A stretch of DNA of 64,000 bases from Candidatus Poseidoniales archaeon. Lineage in GTDB: Archaea > Thermoplasmatota > Poseidoniia > Poseidoniales > Poseidoniaceae. This document shows, piece after piece, positions 1 through 13,100 of the stretch. Each line of letters starts with the position of its first letter. Positions within the stretch are counted from its first letter, which is position 1. Under the pieces are notes generated by a model. The model saw only the letters and a program-made list of their open reading frames with translations. It made no database searches and was not told the DNA's origin. The DNA lies in contig QQRW01000037.1 of the NCBI GenBank assembly GCA_003602605.1, forward strand, positions 14,718 to 78,717. Direction: 5' to 3'. Made by a program: the position numbers and the translations under genes.

Positions 1-1
1 C

Positions 2-190
2 GACATATTCGTGACCGGACACGTTCATGGCCACGCCTGCATTGATTACAAAGGTACAACCTTGATTTGTTCAAGCACTTGGCAGGATCAGACATCCTAC
101 CAAAGAATGCTAGGATTCCAGCCAAAGCCATGTATGCTGACAATAGTGAATCTGAAGAGTCACGCTACAACTGCCATACCGTTTGCATGA
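2..190 (+). CDS. DNA polymerase D (PolD) small subunit DP1, C-terminal fragment (gene enters from left edge)
   Basis: Frame 2 reads DIFVTGHVHGHACIDYKGTTLICSSTWQDQTSYQRMLGFQPKPCMLTIVNLKSHATTAIPFA*, with stop TGA at 188-190. It has a metallophosphoesterase GHxH motif and a C-terminal (S/G)xWQxQTxxQ..G..P.P pattern that I recall from archaeal DP1. It is absent from the ORF track because it has no in-window start. Confidence 0.55.
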   Translation, partial: DIFVTGHVHGHACIDYKGTTLICSSTWQDQTSYQRMLGFQPKPCMLTIVNLKSHATTAIPFA

Positions 191-871
191 TTATTGCAAA
201 CGGAGGAACGGAAGAATGGCACGCAAATCCTTACCATGCACTACATCGATGTCCGCATCGTTGAACGCTGCGATAGAGGAATCACGTGTAGGATTAAACC
301 CGATGAATCTGCTGCCATCGACATGCATCGACAAATCCATTTCAGAGTCGCCAACTGATACGCATGATTCGACGTCCAAATCATTCATCTTTAACAAGCG
401 GTGGATAACCTCCCCCTTTCCAGTAGCATGTAGTCGACATACTCCTTCATCTGAAAGTGAATCGTCCTCATTGAAAACAAATCCATTCGCAATCCAATCG
501 TCGACTTTGAGCATTGCAGCAATCGAGGAGACAAATAAATCCACACCAGCACTGACGATTGCTACGAACACCCCGTTTGACTGCAATTCCTCAACGACTT
601 CTCGTGCTCCATCCATGAGTTTTACACCAGAATAGGCACGAAACAATTCATCACGATAAATTGGGTCTTGAACAGCCTTCCACATCTGGATATCCGAGCG
701 CATAAATTCGACATCGGTGATTTCCCCACGTATGAAACGTTGCAGATGGAGAGAGTTATCAGTGCCAAAATGGTCATGGAGGGTTCTCCATGAACTTACG
801 GCGTCAACAAGAACACCATCACAATCGAAAACTACGCACTTTGTAAGGGGGATTTCTAAGGCATTCGACAT
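191..871 (-). CDS. HAD-superfamily hydrolase (phosphoserine-phosphatase-like, subfamily IB)
   Basis: HAD motif I is VVFDCDGVLVD, motif II is AIVSAG, and motif IV is VGDSEMDLS. The track start at 880 is TTG, and the first ATG is at 871 (MSNALEIPL..). Its stop abuts the DP1 stop with 0 nt spacing (convergent). Confidence 0.75.
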   Translation of the reverse strand: MSNALEIPLTKCVVFDCDGVLVDAVSSWRTLHDHFGTDNSLHLQRFIRGEITDVEFMRSDIQMWKAVQDPIYRDELFRAYSGVKLMDGAREVVEELQSNGVFVAIVSAGVDLFVSSIAAMLKVDDWIANGFVFNEDDSLSDEGVCRLHATGKGEVIHRLLKMNDLDVESCVSVGDSEMDLSMHVDGSRFIGFNPTRDSSIAAFNDADIDVVHGKDLRAILPFLRLQ

Positions 872-936
872 GAGTAACAAGTTGCTGATGAACTAATCAT
901 TTGAAAGGGTTCGCTCGGAACCGTAGAATAAGAATG

Positions 937-981
937 AAAAAAAAAAGACGAAGGCAGGGGGCCCCGTTAGGAAACCCCCTG
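937..981 (-). terminator. GC hairpin followed by a T10 tract (on the minus strand), downstream of the giant adhesin gene
   Basis: Stem CAGGGGG (955-961) pairs with CCCCCTG (975-981). The plus-strand A10 run at 937-946 is T10 on the minus strand, 8 nt after the hairpin. Oligo-T tracts are the known archaeal termination signal. Confidence 0.5.
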
Positions 982-1040
982 CGATCGTGTAGCTCTCTAC
1001 CTCATGGGTAGTCATCCCATCATGGGATGCGGGAGACAAA

Positions 1041-1064
1041 GGGGAGGGGATGAATCCCCTCCCC
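1041..1064 (-). terminator. Perfect GC-rich hairpin 38 nt downstream of the adhesin stop codon
   Basis: GGGGAGGGGAT-GA-ATCCCCTCCCC is a perfect 11-nt inverted repeat read directly from the sequence. A third palindrome, CATCCCAT-C-ATGGGATG, lies at 1013-1029. Confidence 0.45.
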
Positions 1065-1101
1065 AATGCGTCCGATTTTCTCGTCACTAAAGCGATTAAA
1101 C

Positions 1102-4100
1102 TCAAGCGCTGACGTCGTAAGACAAGCCAGACCATGTTCGAAGTTGTGCACCTTGACCAGCACTAGGTGCGTAGTTCAAGGAGATGGTCACATCTTCGAG
1201 TGGTGTTCCGTCAGAGTCATGCGTGCGCACAAAGATTGTGTCACCGGTGTTGAAGGTCGAAACCTTATCATCACCTTCAGAGTTCACTTGATCCACGAAT
1301 GTAACCATGGAGTCACTGTTCTGTGGGTTGAACCCGTAAACGCCTGCAGTATCTGCTAGATTGGTTGTCTTGACTTGTGCCTCACCGTTGGCATCAACAT
1401 AGAACACACGAACTTCGACTGCTTGGGTAGCCAAGTCAGTTTCAGACGCTTGAACTGTGATTCTCCAGTGACCTTCGTCGACATCGAAGCTGTTGACATC
1501 ATCAATAGCAAAGGTGACTCGAGGTACACCCTTGACATCGGTCTCTGCGAGGCTGCTTGCCCACACATATATGACACCAGAAAGAACCACTGTGATTGCA
1601 ACCATAAGGATAGTAGCAATAACTGGGCTCACAGCCATTTCGTCGTCTTCGAGTTTGTTCTCAACAACTTCTTCTTCATCGTCAGCACGGCGGCTGGAGA
1701 AGGCAAGAGCGCTGACAAACAGACCAGTTAGACTGACGACAACGATACTTGGTGCGAACGATGCAACTGAACTTGCTCCAATGGTTCGGACGACAACCGG
1801 TAGGTTCTGTCCAGTAGCTCCAAAGGAACCAGAGCCAGATGCGTATTCGTTACACTTGCCCCAATCGTTGTTTGCTTCAGCAGTAGCAAGATCCAAAGTC
1901 GTCATTCGGTTGTTACACCAGAAACTGTCTTCGAGCATTGGTCGGCGTTCCGAGGTCTGCGATGCATTCTGTCCATATTGTCCAGGAGCGGACCAAAGAG
2001 CACCTTGGGAACCACCGTTGTTCGCACGGTGGGACTCAGGGTCATCTGATTGGAATCGCTCGCTGGATGAAACAGTGAGGTCACATGGGTTGTTCAAACA
2101 AGTTAGAACATCCATTGAAACTTCTACCTTGGTCGTGTCCTTTGTCATGAAGATGTTTTCCTCAACAGTCAACGTTGTTCCGTAATCTGGAACATTGTAG
2201 TATCGTGTGGTTTCTTCTTCTGTGTGTCCATCGGTATGGAAGGTCACTGCCAACATGTGGTCGTACGTGTATGGTCCTTCATCGCCACCAGCATCGATGT
2301 TCACTGAAACAGGAACATAGGTGCCAGTCATGATGTTGGTAATACCGTTGAAGTTCACTCCGGATGTTGTGTCAAGTGAGTAGTCTGCAACGTTCTCTGC
2401 AACACGGTCAATTGTGACATAGACCACAACATCATCTTGGCCTTGGGCGTACGGTGCCAGTTGCTCAGTGAATGCTGAGTTGAGGACAGTCGTATCGTAG
2501 TTAGGCGTGTGTGATGGTGCAGTAGCAGTATCCTTGAGAACCAAGTTGATGGCACAGAAAGTCTGGCCAGCTGGTCGTAGTTGGTGGATACCGTTGTCGT
2601 TCATGTAATCAACTTCCCAATCGTAACCGTTTGTGGTTGCGTCTGGGATCAATGTGAAGACCAAATCAGTTCCAACGATAGCCGTCGTGAAGTAGTTGGT
2701 GTACGCACACTGTGAAGTTGGTTCAACAGTCCAAGTAAGGTCTGCAGGTACATCGTGGTCGATATCGTTCATCAATGGTAGAAGGTCCCAAGTTAGATTG
2801 TCAACATTGGTGTCATCTTCAGTCATGGTAATGAATTCACCTTCACCGTTTGCACGGCTTCCAGCGTCGCTGACCAACAAGTTCTGTCCATCGACATCTT
2901 GCAAGGTAATCACAGGTGCGTCGTTCACTGGAGCGACTGAGAAGTCGACTGTGTACGGTACCGCATCGGTGTTTTCGTTGCCGTCATCAGACAGTTCAAG
3001 CGTTACTGTGCATGAACCGCCCTTTTCGTTGGAAGTGTTCTCGGTAATAATCAGCGAGTTGAGTGTGTTCACTTCAACACTAAACGCAATACAAGACGAG
3101 TCTACAGAAGCATCCCAATCGTAGACTTGACGAACAGGTGATTGCTCGTTTGCCATGTCACGGATATAAGACTTGGAAGCGTTTGAAACCTCTCCAAGAT
3201 CCTTGGTGTGTGTTCCGAATCCTTCTGCAAGAATGTTGTCAAAGTTATCGTCAGTCGAGAAGATAGGCATACATCCTGCGTCTTCAACGTTGCAGATCAC
3301 CGGGGCGTCGTTCACGTTGGTGACTTCGAAGGAGATGTTCTTCTTGTCTGTCAAACCGTTGCTGTCAGTAACTTCAAACTCATACTCGAGAGTACCGAAT
3401 TGGTCATCAAGTGGAGTAATGGTCACAGTTTGTCCGTTCTGGTTCCAATCAACAAGCACATTATCGTATGCAACAAGGTTACCAGCTGCAGAAGTCCATG
3501 TGAGATCTGCTTCGAGGTCTTGCACATCGTCAGCCATGTTGGTTAGGCTGAATGTGTAAGCGCCGGAATCTTCCGCAACAGTGATGTCTTGTAGAGAGGA
3601 TTGAATCTCTGGACAAGCACGATCCATGTTGAGTGTGATTGCAACATTGGTAGCAAGAGACAAGTCAGTTTCTGTTTCCCAATCGTATTCACAGTCTGCT
3701 TCGGTCTTGATGAGAACATCATAGTTCTTAGCAACACTCGGTGTGGTTGAACCCTTGAATGAACGGTAAACAAGCACTTCATCGTTAATTTCTCCCGTCA
3801 ACAAATCATCGTGGTTTAGTTCCACAGTGATGTATTCTGAGAAGTCTTGAAGTGTGTTCAAAGCATCAATCGTTTGGGTTGGGTGGACAGTGCTGACATC
3901 AGCGGTCGATTCACCTTGCACAATTGCAATGATATCAATTTGACTTGGGGTTCCACCAATTCGTGAGAACGGTATGGAAATTTCAGTCAATCCTGATGCG
4001 GATGCGATATCAACGCTAGCAGCGCTGAGTGAGGTTGCACCCCATCCTAGGAAACCGTAACTGTACAGGTCATAGGAAGTCTCGCTGTCTGCCCATAGCA

Positions 4101-7100
4101 CGTAGTTAGCTTGGAACGGCAATTCGTGAGATCCACCGAGGTTGTAGCCTGTGCTGCTTCCGCTGCCATCAACGCTGAGGTAGATGAGAACATCGCTTGC
4201 AGCGAGGTCTTCACCGGTAAGACCGATGTAGAGGTCATCACCTTCGATGTATGTCACGAGCATGTCGTTTGTTCCATCACCGCTCATGAGACCTGGCATT
4301 GCATAGCCAGATGGGTTGAGGGCGTTTCCACCGACCCAGTCCTCATTTGAACCATCGACGTTCATGACCTCAGGTTGGAAGGTCGTCGAAACATAGGATG
4401 CACGAGTACCGTCGGTCGACTTAATCATCATTGCAACTTCATTGGTTGGAGCAGCGTTCAAGTGGGTAGAATCCATCGAGAACAAGTTTGCTTCATCAAT
4501 TGTAGCAGATGAGTCTACGACCAACTTGTTTTCATCGATTGTGTTACCGATCGATGTAACATAGGCGTTGCTTCCTGCATCAATCTGAACCGATGAGGTC
4601 GTCCAAGTCATGTTTTCAATACTGCCTTGTGATTCAACGACTTCGAGAGTTGTCGAAGCAGTCGATGTACCTCCATCCCAACGGAATGGTGTGTTTTCGA
4701 CATACATTCCGACCAATCCGGAAGCGTTCATTGGGTAAACCCAAACATCATCACTGTCAACAACATAGAGACCGGTTCCGGTTGCTCCACCGTCGACTGC
4801 AGCGTTAATTGCTACAACAGTTGCGTCGTCAACAAAGGCACCATAATCGTCACCAGAAATTGAAGCATCACCGGTGAGGGTGAGTTCTCCACTGGTCTTT
4901 TCGACACCTGTTGCGAATCCGGAGATTGTCGTACCACTGAGGGTCAGTGAATCTCCGCTTGCATCGTCAGCGTCAATACCAACAGTTGATGCATCGCCGC
5001 TACCGGTAATCACAGAGGATATGTCGGTAACGTCACAGTTGTCGATTTCCATTGCCGTGTCAGACAATGTGATGGTGTTACGAGCTGTGTTGACACTTAC
5101 TCCATCACAGTCTTCCAGTACAAGTCCGACTGCACTTGGTGCAGTGCGTCCTGCAGAGGTGCTGATCGTATTGTCCGCAATAGTTGGCCCGTTGTAACCA
5201 GCAGCAGCTCCGCCTTCGAGCATGAATACATCGGTACCACCGTCACCGTACGAGTCTGTCAGAGCGAGTAGGTAAAGGCCTGGAGCAGTGTATGTTGCAA
5301 GAGGCGTATACTGAGTGTTACTGGCAAAGGTAGAGCTGGTACCACGTCCGAATGAATCGGTAGTTCCGTCTGGCTTGGTAATCTGGATACCAGCTTCATA
5401 GCCCCAGGAATCTGTTGCGATATTGATATCGAGCGTCTTACCAGCTGCGAGGGTTGCACTGCATGATGCGGAGTAACGGTAAGAGCTACTCGAAATGGTG
5501 CACAACGAAGTAACTGGTGCAGGAGGCGATGTGGTACTGTCGACGATAATGCCACCATCTGCATCAACGATGGTATTGTTGTCAATATCACCGTAGCCTT
5601 CCAAGGAACTGATTGCAGCGTATGCAGCGTCTCCAGCTCCGTTGATCGTGTTTCCTGTTATGCGGTAATCCAATGCGTTATCGACATAAATTCCATCGGT
5701 AACAGTGTTGATCGTGTTTCCAATAATCATTGTACCAGTGTGTCCACCGTCGTAAACTCCGATTGCTGCAACTTTGGCACCACCGTTGTTCATTACGTTA
5801 TTTGATATCAATGCGTTTTCACTCGAACCATCTCTGTAGAGCCAAATGTCTGCAATTTCACCACCATCATTGAAGATGTTGTTCGAAATTGTGATGTTGT
5901 CTACACCCACATTCGATCCGTGTCGGTTCCAATAAGGTGAACGGGTTAGTTCAACACCGACTCCACAGTCGTTGAATACGTTGTTACTAACAACTGATCC
6001 TTCGCCACCGGATAGAACCATACACATGTCTGTGTTCTGGATGGCTTGATTGAGATCTGTGTAGCCCTTGAAGTGAGTAATTGTTGAATTCGTGACAGAG
6101 AATTCTTCAATTTCCCAAAGGTATTGGGTGCTCGAGCCCCAAGTGTATCCGTTCTGTGACTCAATCTTCGCAATGTTGGAGAAGATGGTGTTGTTTGCCA
6201 CGAGTGTGGTAATAGGGGAGCCATAGTAACCGAGTTCGATACCGTACATGCCGCCGTTGTCATCGTTGACAGTGACGCCATATAGAGCAGCATCGTTCAT
6301 GTAAACTTCGCCACCATATGGGTAACTTGTGTACCAACGTTGTGTGTCATAGAAGTCCCAAGCTCCAGTTGACAGAATTGTCGAGCCGTTGAAGTTGTAA
6401 GGAGTGTTTGACTTCAGTTGGATGTATGGCACGTCCATCATGATCGTATTACCTTGTTGATTAATCGTCAAGGAACTTGCGTATGCGTATTCATTGAGTG
6501 TTCCACCGTTACCGTCGTCGTAGCTACGTGTTCCTCTTGTAAAGAATGAACCCGCACAAGGAGTCACGGTTGTGTAAGCCGCACTGGTTGAGTACCAGCA
6601 TACACGCTCAGAAATCTGAGTGGTAAGTGGTACAGTTGCGCTGTTGCCAGAGGTGTCAGTGAGGGTTACTCCTTGAGTAGCATACCGGAAGTCGGCTTTG
6701 TTGTTCGTAGAGGTTGTGTAGAAGTAGTCGATTTCTGCAACACTCATCACTTCGTATCCTGCAAGGGAAGGAACCGTCATTCCGTTACTGTCTACGACAG
6801 CGGTTACGAAGTTCAATCCTTCTGCAATACCGTTTGCGTTCGTAGTGCCTGAGCCAGCGGCAGCACCGTCGGCGTCAAGCAGAGTGACCGTTGCGCCAGA
6901 AACGGCGTTGGTATCTGCGAGCAACTCGACTTGCATTGATCGCTTGCGAGTGAACTCACCTTGACCTGTGACTTCAACTGTTGTCGAATCCACAGTTCCT
7001 TCAATGAAATCAATGTTTGATTGACTGGATATTACGAAATCCTTCGTGTTGCCCATTGTGACGTCGGTAAAGGTGAAATCACCAGTTCCGGCAGCCTCTA

Positions 7101-10100
7101 CACCAACATCGTTGGTGGAGATGGTAATACCTGAGAAGGATACATCATTATCTGTGTTGGTTCCGTACTTGAATGCAGTTCCACTGTTTTCAACTGTTCC
7201 AGACAAATCACCTGCGAGATCCTTGGTGTAGTAGATACCTGCATTGGTATTTGAATCAAAATCAATGTTCATGAAGTCCATGGAACCAGATGCTGAGTTT
7301 CCTACAAGGATTCCGTAATCTCCGCCAGTTACTGTCAATCCGTCGCTTGTTGCCGCAGTTTGCCCAGTGATTTCCATACCAGAATCGGTTGGGTTTGTGA
7401 CAGTTACGTCTTGTATGTGTCCAGCAGCGAATGAGCCACCAATGGATACACCAGTGTCTGCACCGGTAATCGAGCCGTCCTTGAAGAGCGGTGTTCCGGA
7501 TTCACGGGCGTAGGCACCAAGTAGTGCTGCGTTGTCACCCGAGCGTGCGACGATTTCCAAACGGTCTTGGTAGTTGTCTGCACGGTTGTGAAGAACGTCC
7601 ATGTACAACGAAACCTTGCTGATGTTTGAAGCAGAGATGTCGATTGTCGGCATAGTCATTCGAGCACCTTGTCCGGGACTCATGTAGTAGGTGTAAGCAC
7701 GGTCGTAACAAATGTTGTAGCTTCCTTGCATTCCTTCAGGAGGATAGAAGATTGGGTTGTACATTGCGTGGTAAGTTGTGTAGTAAGCACCCCAATAGTG
7801 GTAAGGGTAGTATGCGTAGTAACCTGTTGGTGAGACATCTTCGATGTTTTCCCAGTCGAAACCAAACTCAAGAGGCTTGGATTCATAGTAAGCAGGGAAT
7901 CCAGGGTTGGAACCTCCCCATTGTTGCCAGATCTGGTAATAATAACCAATCCGGTTTGATGGATAATTCGGTCCGTAAGCGTATCCATTGGTGTTACAAT
8001 CCAAACTTGGAACCCCACCGACAGCACCAGGCGCATAGGTTGCGTAACCAGGCGTGCCAGACTTCGGATCAGCGGCGCTGATTGGGTAGTAACCAAGGTC
8101 ATCTGCTTCAGTGATATTCCATGTGTTTCCATTATCGTCTTCCAATTCGATGTTGTATCGGTCGGTGATCATGTAGTACTTCGTGGTAGCGTAATTGTAT
8201 CTTGGGTGAGCGTTTCCACCACCATAGATACTGTTCATACCGACTTGCAAGAAATCATCACCGAGGAAGGTCGACAAGTCAATCTTGTAGGTCGTCCATC
8301 CAGTGCTTTCACCGCTGAGCAATGTGCTACGGTAAATTGTAGGAAGGGACATACCACCGTAGATATCAACACCAACGGTGTTGTCTGTCGATGTGAAGCC
8401 GTCAACCTGTGGTGCACCGTTGAAGGATTGGATACCAACTGCAGCGTTCTTGACAACGATGTTGTCAATGGATCCGCCAGATGCTTCAACCCAAAGAGCT
8501 GTTCCTGATTGGCCGGTGTTTACGATTGAAGAATCTGCGATGTTAACAGTTCCACCGTTGACTTTCACAGTTGCCATATCGTCAGAGTTTGCTGATGCAC
8601 CGAAAATCGATGCTCCATCCGTCATCTTGAGGGTAGCCCCGGAACCGATGTACAATGCAGAGTCAGTGGTAGTGTCTTGGGCGACATCACGTAGTGTTCC
8701 GCCATCAAGTTCCAGAGTTCCTGCAACAATATCGATGTGAAGTCCATATGAAGGCGAAACAGCACTAATCGCTCCGATTGCTCCTGTATCTGAAGAAACA
8801 GTTGCGACGACCTTCCCACCGTTTGTCAAAGTCAAGACCGGGCTGCTTGTTGCAGTGCTCTTGACCTTGAGCGACGAACCCTTGAGAATCATAACACAGC
8901 CATCGAGCGTTAGGTCGGCAGAGAGTGTCATTGGTGTCCCGTCAAATTCGAAGATGGTGTGGCCGCTTGCGGTTGTACCGTTCGTTGGCAATTGTGCTCC
9001 GTTGGATGGGTCTACATAAGCATCCATCCAAGCGCAGTCCATTCCTGCTTGATCGAAATCTACAGGAGCAGGTTCGAGCAAGAGGTCAATTGTACTACCA
9101 ATGGTGAATCCAGCAGTTGGATACCAAGAAGACGAAGTCATAGTTTCGTTCTGGCCTGCTGGTCCGAATGCTCGAATGTTATGGTTCGAGTAGGTATTTC
9201 CACCGCTCTCGTCACCAGTGATTACCCAAACGCTTGCAGATCCAAGATTGGATGTTGCAGTGTCGGTAATGTGACTTCCAACTTCAAAGAGTTCAGAACT
9301 CGAACTGTCCGTAACTGCGGCAGTCACTGTGTGTCCAGACTTGAAAATCTGAGTTTGCACGTTGTTGACAAGTGCAATTCGGTAAGTTCGAACTGTAGCC
9401 AATCCACCGTACCAAATTTCAGAGGATGAAGATGGGACATCGACGTCACAGTCTCCAGTTCCACCGTTAACATCAGCGCAGTCGTCACCGTTTTGTGTGA
9501 CTTCGATGAGACGAATGTTTGAGTTCGTGTCCGCTTGTGCGAGGTAGATGCTGCCGGTTCCTGCGGTCGTGGATGTCATGGTCGTTTCACCAATAGTGAC
9601 ATCGGAATATCGTGCATAAACTGCAGAGTCAAGTGCCGAGGTGTGATCAATTGTTGAGTCCGCAATAAGAACCGAGTTCTTAGCTGCAGAACATCCGTTT
9701 GAGGTAACGCGTTCAGCGGTCATGGAGTTCAGTTGAACATTCCATCCACTGCATCCAGTCACTTCGAAGTGTGCAACATCAAGGTTGTTGATGATGACAG
9801 TGTCGGAGTTTGTGGCATCACCTTCAATCTTCAAATCATCAACACTGACGTCATCAAAGGTTCCCGGTTGCAAGTTACGCATCATCATGTTTCCAGCGGT
9901 AACTGTATCGAAGACTGCATTGTCTCCGAAGGCACCCGTTGTCGATGAAGTAGTACTTCCTCCAGGGAAGAAGTTCATTGAAGCGCTTCCTACATCAACA
10001 TCGGTCATCATGATTGATCCCATTGCATCAATCGAGACAGATGCATAGTTTGTGGCATCGAAGTTGAAGAGTTCAACTTCTGCACCTGCGCCAGCATCGG

Positions 10101-13100
10101 AATTGAGTGCTGAACCGGTCTGAGCCGTAGATGCTGTAGCGGTAACGTTGGAAATGGTAACCGTTTCCAAATCAACACTAATCAAGTTCACATATGCGTT
10201 GGTGATTGTCGTGTTTTCCAAGAAGAGAGAACCACCGGTTGATCCCGCAACGTTGACGATTGCGCCGTTGTTGGCACCTCCGTCTTTGTTACAGTTCGCG
10301 ATGGTACCTTCTGTTAGAGAAGCGACGGTGTCTTCAGCGAAGTCGAAACATGAATCATCGGTTCCGTCAACACTGAATTCGGTCATCGACACAACTGTTC
10401 CTTGGCCGCTTCCGTGTACGAAAGCTGCGCCAACATCCGTGAAGGTCACGTGATCCATTGTGAAGTTTCCAACGTTAGCGTTGCTGATTGGGCTCGAGCC
10501 GTGGCGAGAACCTGCAGCGATAGCGGCGTCGGTCGTGTTCTTGAAGTCAACATAAGAGAAGGTGTGGCGGTTGTCTGTGCTTGTCGTACAAGCGCCAGTG
10601 AATGCCATGCCCTTCCAATCAGCGCCACCAATTCCTTCGAAGAGAACGTGGTCAGTGCTGTTACCGTTGATGGTCATCTTATCACAAGCGCCATCAAAGG
10701 AAATTCCTTTGCCTGCTCCAACTTGAATGACTGTACCAGGTTCGATGGTAAGGTCAGCAGAGATGCTCAAATAGTCACCAGCCGGGTTGATTCGGACTGG
10801 ACTGTCTTCAACATCCCATGTTGTATCGGATGTGATGTCGGATGTGATATCTGTGCCCTTACCTTCGAAAGGCATTGTTCGGTAGTAAACACCACAATCG
10901 ACTGCTGTGTTTTGGTAGCAGTAGTAGGTTCCGTAGTAGGACCAATACGGTGCAATCAGTCCTGCAGGTGCAGCACTGTTGGACGAGTATGGGAGTTTCG
11001 GCATGTTGCCGTACCAGGTGGTCATTGCACGAACATTTGCTGTTGAACCGCTGCTAACGAAGTGCATGTTTCCGTGTCGCTCAATGTTGATGCGGTCGTT
11101 ACTGTCTGTGAAGTTGTAATCAGTTCCGAAATAGGTGAAATTAAATCCATTTGGCATTGCAATGTTATCAGCACATTGGGAGCCATAAGTTCGGAAGTAG
11201 TAACTCGATGCACAGTAGTATCCAGATGGAGTTCCACCGCTGGTACCCATGATATCGGTTTCAATACCGTTCACTATCGGGTTCATTCCTCTGTCGAAAG
11301 ATTCCCAAGAACCATCTGTACTGTCCGTTGTAATTCGGTAGTTGTTGGTGTGTGGGTTTGCCCCGTTGATGTACGAAGTACTCGTGCTGTGGCGAATAGT
11401 CTGTCCGTGTGTTCGTGTTTGGTCCATGAATCCGACTGTCGTTGCGTCGTAAGAATTCTTACATGCATCGTCGTAGTGGTATTCAATCTCGTTCGTGACG
11501 TCGTAAAAGACGGCTTGGAACGTACAACGGAAGTTGTTGTTGGTATATTGCATATCTCTCCATTCAACAATGAACATCTTGTTAGGATCGCCGACACTGA
11601 ATGTTTCAGTGCTGGTTGTCAAGGTGTTAACGGTTGATGTGTCTTGAGATGTGTCCTCAGCATAGAGGTAGTATTCAACTGAGTCACCGCGTTCAAGGTC
11701 TTCAAGATCAGCAGACCACGTACATGCAGCCAAAGCACATTGTGCTCGAGTTGAACTGCCTTCTGGGGTCAAAAGTTCGCTGGTCCATGAACCTGTAGTA
11801 CCGTCTGTACTTGTGATTCGGTAATACAGAGTTGGTCCAACGCCAGCAGTTGTGCTGACGTTTAATCCACTCGGTGGGTCTCCACCATCAGACAAAACCA
11901 CTGAAATGGTTCGGTCCTTGCTGTGGGAATCCGAAAGTGCTGAGTGATCTGCGATTGGAGCAAAGGTGTCAGGGACTGGGGCAACGCCGCCAATCTTGTA
12001 TGTTTGCGTACCGCTTGCAGCCTGGGAACCGTAGTATCCCATTGCGTGTGCCCATCCCGACCAAACGTATGATGGAAGGGCTCGTTCGTCGGCTAGACTG
12101 CCACCGCTGAGGTAAGATCCAGCGTAGTAGTAAGCTCCTGAACATTGGTCACGGCTTGCGAATGGACTTCGGAAGAAGTGAACGAAACCGTTTGTTGTTA
12201 CGCACAATCGGTTTGCGTTGATACCTGATCCGCCAGTAGCGTTACCGAACGAAAATAGACCCATTTGTCCACCGTAGGTTTCTTGGCCTGCAGCACTCAT
12301 TGCTGAGTCTGAACCCAGAGTGATCTTGTATGCAGGAGAGTTACCATAAGCGTAACTTGCATCCATTTGGCTTCCACCTGACAATTTGCTATCGATAGAA
12401 GGTGAACTTCCGATACCAACCATTGCAAATGCATTCTTGCCGGAGTCAAACAGGTATAGCAAATTCATTCCAGGGCCTTTGTCAGCGCTGATTGTAAGGT
12501 ATCCGCCGTCGTTTGTCATGTGTTCAAAGGTGTTCGAACGTGTTGAAGATGAACCCATTCCGTTCGACCCAGAACCTGCAACAGTTGCGTGTTGGCCCAT
12601 CCAGTTGTTGTAGAAGTAGTAGTTTGGTGCGTCATAACTTGTACCAGTGAAGAAACACTGGTTGGAACCAGTTCCACAAGAAGAGACATCGAATTCAAAG
12701 TAGAATTCATCGTTGCCATCAAAGTGTGTGAATTGCCGATCAATGAGTTGACTTGCTCTTGGGCTGGAGGAACTGCTTGCGTGCACATCAGTCATGAGCA
12801 CTGTAAGTTTCTTGTCATCTCCCGCATCCTCGACAGCTGCAACGGTGAAGTTGTACGGTGTTGGGACCGTTTGTGCACCGCTCAATGCCGGATCGTATCC
12901 AACGTTAGGGTTGGAGTTGAGATCTTGGAACTTCCAGTAGTATTCAACATAGTCTCCTGCGGAGATTGTTGGAGTTGATGCTCGGAACTGACATGTAGCG
13001 TCAGTTGTTGAACATGTTCCGATGCTCGTTGCGCTTACGCTCGTGAATGAACCGTTGTTGAGAGCGTAGTTGAGCGTAGGCTTGTTGTTTGCAGTCGTGT

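Noticed and set aside
893-1135. An 80-aa ORF spanning the intergenic region between the adhesin gene and the HAD gene.
   Set aside because: The ORF is built from the three GC hairpins and the A10/T10 tract. Its sequence is low complexity (FVFFFSFLF) and it overlaps the adhesin stop. The region is better explained as a terminator/structured region.
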